Shown here: piece after piece, positions 10,243 to 20,985 of the stretch
Position numbering within the stretch: the first letter of the stretch is position 1
How the letters are laid out: every line of letters starts with the position of its first letter
Assembly: GCA_963730185.1 (NCBI GenBank)
Contig: CAVSQW010000005.1
Coordinates: 64,001 to 128,000, forward strand
Direction of reading: 5' to 3'
DNA: 64,000 nt
Source: an uncultured Gemmatimonadales bacterium
Lineage (GTDB): Bacteria; Gemmatimonadota; Gemmatimonadetes; Gemmatimonadales; GWC2-71-9
The notes under the pieces: generated by a model
Seen by the model: the letters and a program-made list of their open reading frames with translations, nothing else
Database searches by the model: none
Told to the model about the DNA's origin: nothing
Translations under genes and position numbers: made by a program

Positions 10243-11586
10243 ATGTCAACACCAATCGCCCGATCCTCCCTCACCGCAGCGCTCGTCCTCGCCGGCTGCG
10301 GACCGGCCGAGCCGCCAAGCCCGTCGGTTCGCACCTACACCCTGCCCGCGCCGGAACTCACGGAGCCCGCCTTCGAATCGCACCTGGCCATCGACCCCGA
10401 GCATCCCGACCGGATCGTGGTCGCGGCGCACTACGGGGTCGGCTACAACCGGGGCGGGCGGCGGATCTGGACCTGGCGCACCAGCGACGCCGGGCACACC
10501 TGGATCGGCGCCGATCAGCCGCTGCCGAACGCGAAGGCGGCCCTGGCGGCCGACGCGGTGACGGCGTTCGGGGTCGACGGCACGGCCTACCTCAGCTTTC
10601 TCTCTGCGGACACCACGGGCAAGCGGTTCGATGGCGGTGACGCGTTGGCCACGATGCCGCCCGACGCCCAGGGCTTCGGTCCGGCCCGGCTCGTCGTCGA
10701 GGGCGGACTCACCCTGGCGGGCGCGGCGGTGGACAAGGACTGGCTGGCGGTCGATCGGAGCAGCGCGAGCCCAAACCGGGGCGCCCTCTACCTGAGCTGG
10801 CACCTGAACAAGCCCGACTTCACTCGGGGAACCGTCGCGTCGACCTTCTGGCTGGCGTCGAGCCGGGACGGCGGCCGGAGCTTCGGCGCGCCGGTCCGGG
10901 TGGCCGAGGCATTCTCGGGACAGGTGGCGATCCGGATCGACGGGACGGTCGACGTGATCTATGGGGGCCGCCAGAGTGAAGCGATCCTCCATGCCGCCTC
11001 GACCGACGGAGGTCAGACCTTCGGCACGCCCGACACGGTGGTTTCGCTGGCCGACGGACGGACGTTCGACGTCCCGACCTTGGTAGCCGGCGCCGCCGAC
11101 ACGTTGTTCGTCTGCTGGTCGGAGACCACCGCAGCCGACGGCCTGCGCTACGACATCCGTTGCGCCCGATCTCCGGGCGAACGCCGATGGGACGCGCCGG
11201 TTCCCCTGGTGCCCGGCCTGCCGCCATCGAGCAGCCTGGGGTTTCCCAACGCGGTGGCGACGCCCGAGGGCCTCTGGGTCCTGGCCTACCGGGCCGACGC
11301 CGACACCACCAGGGTGATGCTCTACCGTTCGGCCGACGGGGGCCGGTCGTTCACACCGAGCCATGAGCTGGCGACCCGTCCCTTCGGCGCGGCGGCCTTC
11401 TGCTCCGGCGCCGGGGCACCCTGCCGGAAGGCGGCCGAGGGTCAGTTCTTCTTCGGGGGCGACTACTTCGGGCTGGCGGCGGCGCCGGGGCGGCTCGCCG
11501 CCGCCTACGTGCTGCCTGACGGCGACGCACCCGGCGGACGACCGTCGGTGTACGTCTCGGTGATCGACCTCGGGGCCGATCGTTAG
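10243..11586 (+). CDS. Sialidase/BNR-repeat beta-propeller lipoprotein
   Basis: Lipobox LAGC; Asp-boxes TSDAGHTW, SRDGGRSF, STDGGQTF, SADGGRSF; DKDW and GDYFG motifs. Confidence 0.8.
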   Translation: MSTPIARSSLTAALVLAGCGPAEPPSPSVRTYTLPAPELTEPAFESHLAIDPEHPDRIVVAAHYGVGYNRGGRRIWTWRTSDAGHTWIGADQPLPNAKAALAADAVTAFGVDGTAYLSFLSADTTGKRFDGGDALATMPPDAQGFGPARLVVEGGLTLAGAAVDKDWLAVDRSSASPNRGALYLSWHLNKPDFTRGTVASTFWLASSRDGGRSFGAPVRVAEAFSGQVAIRIDGTVDVIYGGRQSEAILHAASTDGGQTFGTPDTVVSLADGRTFDVPTLVAGAADTLFVCWSETTAADGLRYDIRCARSPGERRWDAPVPLVPGLPPSSSLGFPNAVATPEGLWVLAYRADADTTRVMLYRSADGGRSFTPSHELATRPFGAAAFCSGAGAPCRKAAEGQFFFGGDYFGLAAAPGRLAAAYVLPDGDAPGGRPSVYVSVIDLGADR

Positions 11587-12749
11587 GCGGGCGACCCGAC
11601 CGGACCGCTGAGACAGACCACCGGGATCCCGCCGTTTTCGGTCTGAAAGGCCGGGGGCAGGTCGAGCCCGAGCGCCCGCCGATGCTCCGGATGGGCGACC
11701 AGGAGGGTGACCGTCCCGGCCGGCAGCCGCTCCCGCGCCACGGTGCCCAGCCGGGCGTACAGATCGCGGAGTCCGGCCCGGTCGCCGATCCGGTCGCCGT
11801 AGGGCGGATTGGTCACCACCGCCGCGTTCGGCGCGGTCGTGGCCAGGGCCGACACGGAGCGAGTCGCGAAGCGCACGTCGCCCGCCACACCCGCCCGCTG
11901 GGCGTTGGCCTCCGCCGCGGCGATCGCGCCCGCGTCGCGATCGCCGCCCAGAATCGGCGCCCCCACGCTCGAACGAACCCTCGCTCGGGCCTCGTTCCGA
12001 GCCCTCTCCCAGATCCCGGCCGGCATCGACGGCCAGCGCTCCGCCGCGAACCGGCGGGCCACCCCCGGCGCGATCCGTCGGGCCAGCAACGCGGCCTCGA
12101 TCGGGATGGTTCCCGAGCCCGTGAACGGGTCGATCAGGGGCCGGCCACCGTCCCACCCGGACGCCAGCAGCATCGCGGCCCCGATAGTCTCGCGGAGCGG
12201 GGCCTTGGCGGTCTCCTGTCGGTAGCCCCGCCGGTGGAGCCGCGCTCCCGACGCGTCGGCGCTGATCGTGACCCGGTCTCGGAACACTCGTACCACGAAC
12301 CGTTGGGTCGCCGGCAGCGTGGTGACGTCCATCTCGAGGGCATCGAGGTCCGCGGCGGAGCGAAGGGCCGCCACGCCGCTCACCGAACCGGCCACCGCGC
12401 TCTCCAGCCGCTGGGCGATGGCATCCTCGTGGAAGAGCTTGCTCTTCTTCGAGGTGACCCGGAAGTGGACCCGGGTGCGGGGCGCGACGAACCCGTCCCA
12501 CGCCAGCGCGCGAGCCAGCCGTTCGAGGGTGCTGAAGTGACGGGCTTCGAACTGGGAGACCCGGACCAGCACCCGATGGGCCGTCCGGAGGTTCAGGTCG
12601 AGGCGGGCCACGGTCTCGAGCGTGCCGGCGAGGCTCACGCCCCCGGGCTCGGTAGCGGTCGGATTCAGTCCCAGGCCGGCGAGCTCGGCGGCGAGGATGG
12701 TCTCCAGGCCGGGGCTGGTGACGAGATAGAGGTCGAGCATCCCGGGCAT
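11583..12749 (-). CDS. THUMP-domain class I SAM-dependent RNA methyltransferase (RlmL-like)
   Basis: LRTAHRV, LHRRGYR, APLRETIGAA, DPFTGSGTIPIEAA, TNPPYG. Confidence 0.9.
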   Translation of the reverse strand: MPGMLDLYLVTSPGLETILAAELAGLGLNPTATEPGGVSLAGTLETVARLDLNLRTAHRVLVRVSQFEARHFSTLERLARALAWDGFVAPRTRVHFRVTSKKSKLFHEDAIAQRLESAVAGSVSGVAALRSAADLDALEMDVTTLPATQRFVVRVFRDRVTISADASGARLHRRGYRQETAKAPLRETIGAAMLLASGWDGGRPLIDPFTGSGTIPIEAALLARRIAPGVARRFAAERWPSMPAGIWERARNEARARVRSSVGAPILGGDRDAGAIAAAEANAQRAGVAGDVRFATRSVSALATTAPNAAVVTNPPYGDRIGDRAGLRDLYARLGTVARERLPAGTVTLLVAHPEHRRALGLDLPPAFQTENGGIPVVCLSGPVGSPA

Positions 12750-12754
12750 GATAC

Positions 12755-15424
12755 CTAACGTCTCCGCTTGGCGCCCCGAACCGGGCGAGCGGTGAGGGGA
12801 TCTTCGGGCCACTCGTGCTTGGGATAGCGACCCCGAAGGTCCTTCCGGACGTCGAAGTAGCTGGTTCGCCAGAAGCCGGCCAGATCGCGGGTCACCTGGA
12901 CCGGGCGCATGGCGGGCGAGAGAAGATGGAGGGTGAGCGGCACCCGCCCACCGGCAATGGCCGGGGTCTCCTCCAGTCCGAACACCTCCTGCAGCTTGAC
13001 CGGCAGGACCGGGGCGGCAGGATCGGAATAGTCGATCGCCAGACGGGAGCCGGTCGGCACCTCCCATCGCTCGGGTGCCAGGCGATCGAGGTCCGCGCGC
13101 CGGCGCCACTCGAGCCGGTCGAGAAGGGCGGCACCCAAGTCCACGTCGCCCAGGGCCGCCAGGCTGCGCGCGGTGCCGATCCGGGGCCCGAGCCACCCGT
13201 CCAGCGTGGCGGCGAGCGCACCGTCCGAGACGTCGGGCCAGCCATCGGGGTCGTGCTGGTGCAGGAAGGCCAGGCGTCGGCGCAGATTGGTGGCGGCCGC
13301 GGTCCAGGGTAGTTGGTCCACGCCGCGTGCGACCAGGCCGGCCAGCAGCGTGGCTCGCACCCGGTCCGGGTCGGGCCGGCCGAGCGGCCGCTCCTCGAGC
13401 ACGATGGCGCCGAGGCGGACCTCGAGCGACGCCCGAACGGCGGCCCGCTCGGCGTCCCACTCCAACACCTCCCGCCGCTCGATCGCGTCGGCACATTCGA
13501 CCTCGAGGTCCGCGAGGTCGACCGGGGCGGCGAGATCGATGCGGGCCTCGGCGCCGCGATCGTCCAGCTCGGCTATGACGAGATAGTCGGCCCGGGCCAG
13601 CGCCTGCGAGGGCACCAGCGCGGCGCCCCGCCCGTTCCGGAGGAGAAATCGTCCCGGGGCGCCGGGGCGACGTTGCGCCACCCGGTCGGGAAAGGCGCCG
13701 GCCAGGAGCCGGCCGGTCAGCTCGATGTCGGCCGGGTGAAAGAGGGTCCGATCGTCCCGAGGTGGCGGTTCGGATGGGGCTCCGGATCTGGCCAGTCGTC
13801 GTCGCCACTCCCCGGCCTCTCGACGAGCGCGGGCAAGCCCCCCACGGTCGACCTCGAGGCCATGCACCCCACGCCCGGCCCGCAGGGCTTCGACCCGGAG
13901 CCGGAGGTCCACGTCGGCCGGCTCGGGCCCCCGCCGAGCGATGTCCCGGTCGCTAAGCAGGGACACCAGCTCGGCGCCTAACCCGCTGACGCCGACCGCC
14001 GCGGCGTCGAGCGCGAGACGAGCCAGGCGGGGATGGAGCGCCAGAGGGGCCATGGCACGACCCCGAGCGGTCAGCCGGCCGCCGGGATCCAGGGCGCCGA
14101 GGAGGCCGAGCAGCTCGCGGGCCTGGGCCCAGGCGGAGGCGGGCGGCTGGTCGAGCCAAGCCAGAGCGCCGGGGTCGTCGACCCCGGCCGCGGCCAGGTC
14201 CAGCACCAGCGGGGCCAGGTCGGCGGAGAGGATTTCGGGGAGGTTGTAAGGAACGAGGCCGGCCTCGTCTCCCTCGCTCCAGAGCCGGTAGCAGACGCCC
14301 GGGCCGAGCCGTCCCGCCCGACCGCGCCGCTGGTCGGCCGACGCGCGGGTAACCCGAACGGTCTCCAGCCGGGTCATGCCGGTCCGCGGCGAAAACCGAG
14401 GCACCCGCATCCGACCGCCGTCGACGACAACCGAGACCCCTTCGATGGTGAGACTGGTCTCGGCGATCGAGGTCGAGAGCACCACCCGCCGCTGTCGACC
14501 CGGAGTCAGGGCCAGGTCCTGCGCCTCGGCGGGCATCGAGCCGTGCAGGGGAAGGACCCGGGCCGGGAGCGCCGGCTCCGTCTCCAGCGCCTCGGCCACG
14601 CGGCGAATCTCGCCGGCGCCGGGCAGGAAGACCAGCAGGTCGCCCCGGTCCACCTCCAAGGCCTCGCGCACCACGGCAGCCACGTGGGCCTCGAAGCGAC
14701 GATCGGCCCGTGGCGGCCGGAAGCGGGTCTCGACCGGGAAGGTTCGGCCGGGGCAGTCGACCACCGGCGCCCCGTCCAGGAGCCGCGCCACCGGGGCCGG
14801 ATCGATCGTGGCCGACATCACCAACACCCGGAGATCAGGACGGAGCGCCTGGCGCGACTCCAGCGTCAGGGCCAGTCCGGTGTCCGCCGCGAGGCTCCGC
14901 TCGTGGAATTCGTCGAAGATCACGAGTCCGACCGACTCGAGACTGGGATCGTCGGCCAGCATCCGGGTCAGAACGCCCTCGGTGACCACCTCGAGGCGGG
15001 TGGCGGCCGAGACCCGGGTATCGAACCGGACCCGGTAGCCGACGGTCCGCCCCACCGCCTCACCGAGGGTGTGCGCCATCCGCCGGGCGGCCAGGCGGGC
15101 GGCGACCCGCCGAGGCTCGAGCATCACGATCCGGCGGCCGGCCATCCAGGGCTCGGCAAGGAGCTCCAGCGGCGCCACGGTCGTCTTGCCGGCCCCTGGC
15201 TCGGCCACGACCACGGCGGCCCCCGGGCCCGCCAACGCCGCCCGAATCGCCGGCAACGCCGCGACGATCGGGAGGTCGAGGCTCGCCCGCCCGTCGGTCT
15301 CGAGGTTGTCGCCCGCATCGCGCTCCCGCCCGTTCCTGCCGATTGCCGTTTGCCGTCTCCTTCCCTTCGACCCGCCGGGCCACTCGGGGCGGACCCGGCC
15401 GCCGCCCGACACCCCCGGGCACAC
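12755..15424 (-). CDS. hrpB: ATP-dependent RNA helicase HrpB (true start possibly downstream)
   Basis: GAGKTT, DEFHER, MSAT, QRRGRAGR, C-terminal GRYPKHEWPEDP. Confidence 0.95.
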   Translation of the reverse strand: MCPGVSGGGRVRPEWPGGSKGRRRQTAIGRNGRERDAGDNLETDGRASLDLPIVAALPAIRAALAGPGAAVVVAEPGAGKTTVAPLELLAEPWMAGRRIVMLEPRRVAARLAARRMAHTLGEAVGRTVGYRVRFDTRVSAATRLEVVTEGVLTRMLADDPSLESVGLVIFDEFHERSLAADTGLALTLESRQALRPDLRVLVMSATIDPAPVARLLDGAPVVDCPGRTFPVETRFRPPRADRRFEAHVAAVVREALEVDRGDLLVFLPGAGEIRRVAEALETEPALPARVLPLHGSMPAEAQDLALTPGRQRRVVLSTSIAETSLTIEGVSVVVDGGRMRVPRFSPRTGMTRLETVRVTRASADQRRGRAGRLGPGVCYRLWSEGDEAGLVPYNLPEILSADLAPLVLDLAAAGVDDPGALAWLDQPPASAWAQARELLGLLGALDPGGRLTARGRAMAPLALHPRLARLALDAAAVGVSGLGAELVSLLSDRDIARRGPEPADVDLRLRVEALRAGRGVHGLEVDRGGLARARREAGEWRRRLARSGAPSEPPPRDDRTLFHPADIELTGRLLAGAFPDRVAQRRPGAPGRFLLRNGRGAALVPSQALARADYLVIAELDDRGAEARIDLAAPVDLADLEVECADAIERREVLEWDAERAAVRASLEVRLGAIVLEERPLGRPDPDRVRATLLAGLVARGVDQLPWTAAATNLRRRLAFLHQHDPDGWPDVSDGALAATLDGWLGPRIGTARSLAALGDVDLGAALLDRLEWRRRADLDRLAPERWEVPTGSRLAIDYSDPAAPVLPVKLQEVFGLEETPAIAGGRVPLTLHLLSPAMRPVQVTRDLAGFWRTSYFDVRKDLRGRYPKHEWPEDPLTARPVRGAKRRR

Positions 15425-15495
15425 CCGCTCGTAAGGCCAGCCCTGGCGCTCAGGCGCCGTCGCCTCAAACTTGGTGGACCTTCAACCCCGAATCC

Positions 15496-17145
15496 ATGCT
15501 CAAGCGCTCGATCGGCCTCATCTCCCTGGCCTTGCTCACCGGTGCGGGCCACCTCGCCGCCCAGCGGACCAGCCCCGACATCACCCCCGCCGACCTCCGG
15601 CTCCGGCTCTTCGCCCTGGCCGACGACTCGATGGGCGGACGGGCCACCGGTTCGCTCGGCAACTTCAAGGCGGCCGAGTGGGTGGCGTCGGAGTTCAAGC
15701 GCCTGGGACTCGAACCCGCCGGCGACGACGGCACCTACTTCCAGACCATCCCGTTCTTCCGGCTCAAGCCCGACCCGCGGGTCACCCTGGCGGTGAACGG
15801 CGCACCGCTCGCGCTTGGCGTCGACGTGCTACCGATCATCGCGCCGTCGGCGCCGAGGCCGATGGACGGTGCCCAGGCGATCTACGGCGGGCCGGTGGGC
15901 GACAGCACGAAGTGGATCTCGGCGGCCGAGGCCAAGAGCAAGATCGTGGTCTTCGCGAAGCCGGCGGTCCAGGGTCGCGGCTTCGGCGCGATCCTCGGCC
16001 AGCTCCGGCAGAGCCGGCGGTTCGCCGACGCCGCGCTGATCGCGATCGACGGGCTGGACGAGACGGCGCCCGAGCTCGTGGCGGCGCTGCTGGACGGCCG
16101 GGTGGTGACCGATACGACCCGAACGATGCCGGCGCCGCTCCTGGCCCTGGTCTCCGCCCGCGGCACCGAGTGGCTGATCGGCCGGCCGTTGGCGAGCGCC
16201 ACGCCTGGCACGCTGGGCAAGACGGTCCAGGGCGAAACCCGGCTCGGACTCTTTCCGCTCGACTACCCGGCCCGGAACGTGGTGGCCGTGCGTCGCGGCG
16301 CCGACCCGGCGCTCCGGAACACCTACGTCTCGCTCACCGGTCACAACGATCACGTCGGCTTCGACCACTCGCCGGTGGATCACGATTCACTCCGAGCCTT
16401 CGACCGGGTGATCCGCCCGATGGGCGCCGATTCGCCCAACCGCGAGCCCACGGCCGACGAGTGGAAGGAGGTTCATCGGATCCTCGACAGCCTCCGGGCC
16501 ATTCGGCCGCCGCGGCCCGACTCGATCCGGAACGGAGCCGACGACGACGGCACCGGCACGGTGGCGCTGCTCGAGATCGCCGAGAAGTTCGCGAGCCAGC
16601 CGGCGTTCCGGCGGTCGATTCTGTTCGTCTCCCATACGGCCGAGGAAGAGGGTCTGCTCGGCTCGGCGTGGTTCACCGATCACGCGACGGTGCCGGTGGA
16701 CTCGATCGTGAGCGAGCTGGACATGGACATGATCGGCCGGGGCGACCGGATCGACCTGCCCGAAGGCGGGCCGGGTTATCTGGAGCTGGTCGGCTCCCGG
16801 CGGCTCTCGAACGAGTACGGCGAGATCATCGACCGGGTCAACGCGCGACAGCCCGAGCCGTTCCAGTTCAACCTGACCTACGACGCCCCGGGTCACCCGC
16901 TCCAGTACTACTGTCGAGCCGACCACTACAGCTACGGGCGTTACGGCATTCCGGCGGTCGCTTTCTCACGGGGTGAGCATCTCGACTATCACCAGGTGAC
17001 CGACGAGCCGCAGTACATCGACTACGACGCCCTGTCACGGGTGGCGCACCTGGCCGCGGACGTGGCGGCCGAGGTGGCGAATCTGGACCACCGGCCGAAG
17101 CTGGACCGGCCGAAGGGCGATCCGCATGCCCGTTGCGTTCAATGA
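15496..17145 (+). CDS. Exported M28-family metallo-aminopeptidase with PA insert
   Basis: Signal peptide; GHNDH, NGADDDGTG, AEEEGLLGS, DMDM, ADH, DYHQVTD. Confidence 0.9.
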   Translation: MLKRSIGLISLALLTGAGHLAAQRTSPDITPADLRLRLFALADDSMGGRATGSLGNFKAAEWVASEFKRLGLEPAGDDGTYFQTIPFFRLKPDPRVTLAVNGAPLALGVDVLPIIAPSAPRPMDGAQAIYGGPVGDSTKWISAAEAKSKIVVFAKPAVQGRGFGAILGQLRQSRRFADAALIAIDGLDETAPELVAALLDGRVVTDTTRTMPAPLLALVSARGTEWLIGRPLASATPGTLGKTVQGETRLGLFPLDYPARNVVAVRRGADPALRNTYVSLTGHNDHVGFDHSPVDHDSLRAFDRVIRPMGADSPNREPTADEWKEVHRILDSLRAIRPPRPDSIRNGADDDGTGTVALLEIAEKFASQPAFRRSILFVSHTAEEEGLLGSAWFTDHATVPVDSIVSELDMDMIGRGDRIDLPEGGPGYLELVGSRRLSNEYGEIIDRVNARQPEPFQFNLTYDAPGHPLQYYCRADHYSYGRYGIPAVAFSRGEHLDYHQVTDEPQYIDYDALSRVAHLAADVAAEVANLDHRPKLDRPKGDPHARCVQ

Positions 17146-17147
17146 TG

Positions 17148-17204
17148 GTAGGGAGTAGGGAGGGATTGGGGAGTAGGGAGGCAGTCGGGACTAGGGAGTA
17201 GGGG
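17148..17204 (+). repeat. Degenerate 7-mer tandem repeat (GTAGGGA-like) at a convergent gene junction
   Basis: gtagggagtagggagggattggggagtagggaggcagtcgggactagggagtagggg. Confidence 0.65.
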
Positions 17205-18159
17205 TGGCCGGTTGGAAGACGGCGATGGCGTTCGGGTAGTCCACCGTCACCTTGAAGTAGTGGAGGGCGCTTCCGCCCAGAGCGCCTTCCACTTGCCGGT
17301 CCATGAAGCGGGTCATGAATTGGTGGAAGTTCCGATCCGGCCGGCGAGTGAACCACACCGGGCCGACGGTGGAGCCGGCCACCGTGACCTCGGGTACCTC
17401 GATCAGCGGCTCGCCGGTCCCCTTCTCGCCCTTCTCGACCACTCGCCAATCGGGATGTCGGGAGCGCCACCGCTCGAAGGTCGTCGTGGTGATGAAGCTC
17501 GTGGCGCGGACCGAGTCGGTTGCGCCCATGGTAGCCATGGCATCGGCGGTGAGCGGCGAGGTGGCGCCGGTATCGAGGAGCAGATCCAGGGCCTGGCCGT
17601 CGATGGTGGCCTGAATCCGAGGGAAGTTGAGGGCGCGGCCGCCGGCGCTGTCGGTCTGAAAGCCGAGCGCGACCCGGTGCTCGGGCGCGACTGCGGGAAC
17701 GTCGCCATTCGCCCGGAGCCAGAGCGTCCGCCCGGGGTAGTCGAAGGTCCACGTCCGCCCACCGAACCACTCCTGCCCCAACATCCCGTCGGCCTCGAAC
17801 ATGTCGATCCCGCGACCCGGCGGCGGGGCAAGGACCATCACCTTCCCGCCCCGCGAGGGCGGCAGGGGAATCGAGGCGTCGGCGGCGAACGGCGGAAAGG
17901 TCGCGAGCCTGACGGTGTCGGCCCCCTCCACTTGGGTCGTGACCTCGATCCCCAGTCGAGTCGCCGCGTCCTGCAGCAGAAACAGCCCCCCGCCCGAATC
18001 GGTATAGAGCGTGATCCGCCGACCCGCGGTCGTGACGGGCTCGACCCAGAAACGGTCGCCGTGGTAGCCGGTCGGGAGGGCGAGGGGGTGGCCGGGGGTC
18101 TGGGCGGCGAGCGGTGCCGCGACGGCGAGAAGCGAGACGAGGAACAAGAGGCGGGGCAT
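17191..18159 (-). CDS. Exported two-lobed retropepsin-like aspartyl protease
   Basis: Signal peptide; two catalytic-type motifs (YTDSGG, LLDTGA), each followed by a G-x-LG motif (DGMLG, GALGG). Confidence 0.7.
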   Translation of the reverse strand: MPRLLFLVSLLAVAAPLAAQTPGHPLALPTGYHGDRFWVEPVTTAGRRITLYTDSGGGLFLLQDAATRLGIEVTTQVEGADTVRLATFPPFAADASIPLPPSRGGKVMVLAPPPGRGIDMFEADGMLGQEWFGGRTWTFDYPGRTLWLRANGDVPAVAPEHRVALGFQTDSAGGRALNFPRIQATIDGQALDLLLDTGATSPLTADAMATMGATDSVRATSFITTTTFERWRSRHPDWRVVEKGEKGTGEPLIEVPEVTVAGSTVGPVWFTRRPDRNFHQFMTRFMDRQVEGALGGSALHYFKVTVDYPNAIAVFQPATPTP

Positions 18160-18269
18160 GCAAGTCGATGGTTGGGGGTCAAAGCAACCAGGTGATCGAG
18201 TGCGCTACGAACGTAGCCGCCCGGCCACCTGGTTACCTAGTCACCTACCACTTCCGCTCCGGCTGCTTC

Positions 18270-20852
<2,583 letters not shown>

Positions 20853-20956
20853 GATAGCGAAACCTCCGAGGTTGTCGCGAAACAAGCAGGAGCGAACCGC
20901 CCGTCGGGCGCTCCGCCGATTGACAAGAAGCTGACGAGGATGTCCAACAGTACCGC

Positions 20957-20978
20957 CCCTTCCCCTCGCCGGGAAGGG
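20957..20978 (-). terminator. Hairpin after the TonB receptor stop (possible terminator or mRNA stabiliser)
   Basis: 8-bp stem CCCTTCCC/GGGAAGGG with a 6-nt loop; no strong U-tract. Confidence 0.35.
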
Positions 20979-20985
20979 ACTCGGT

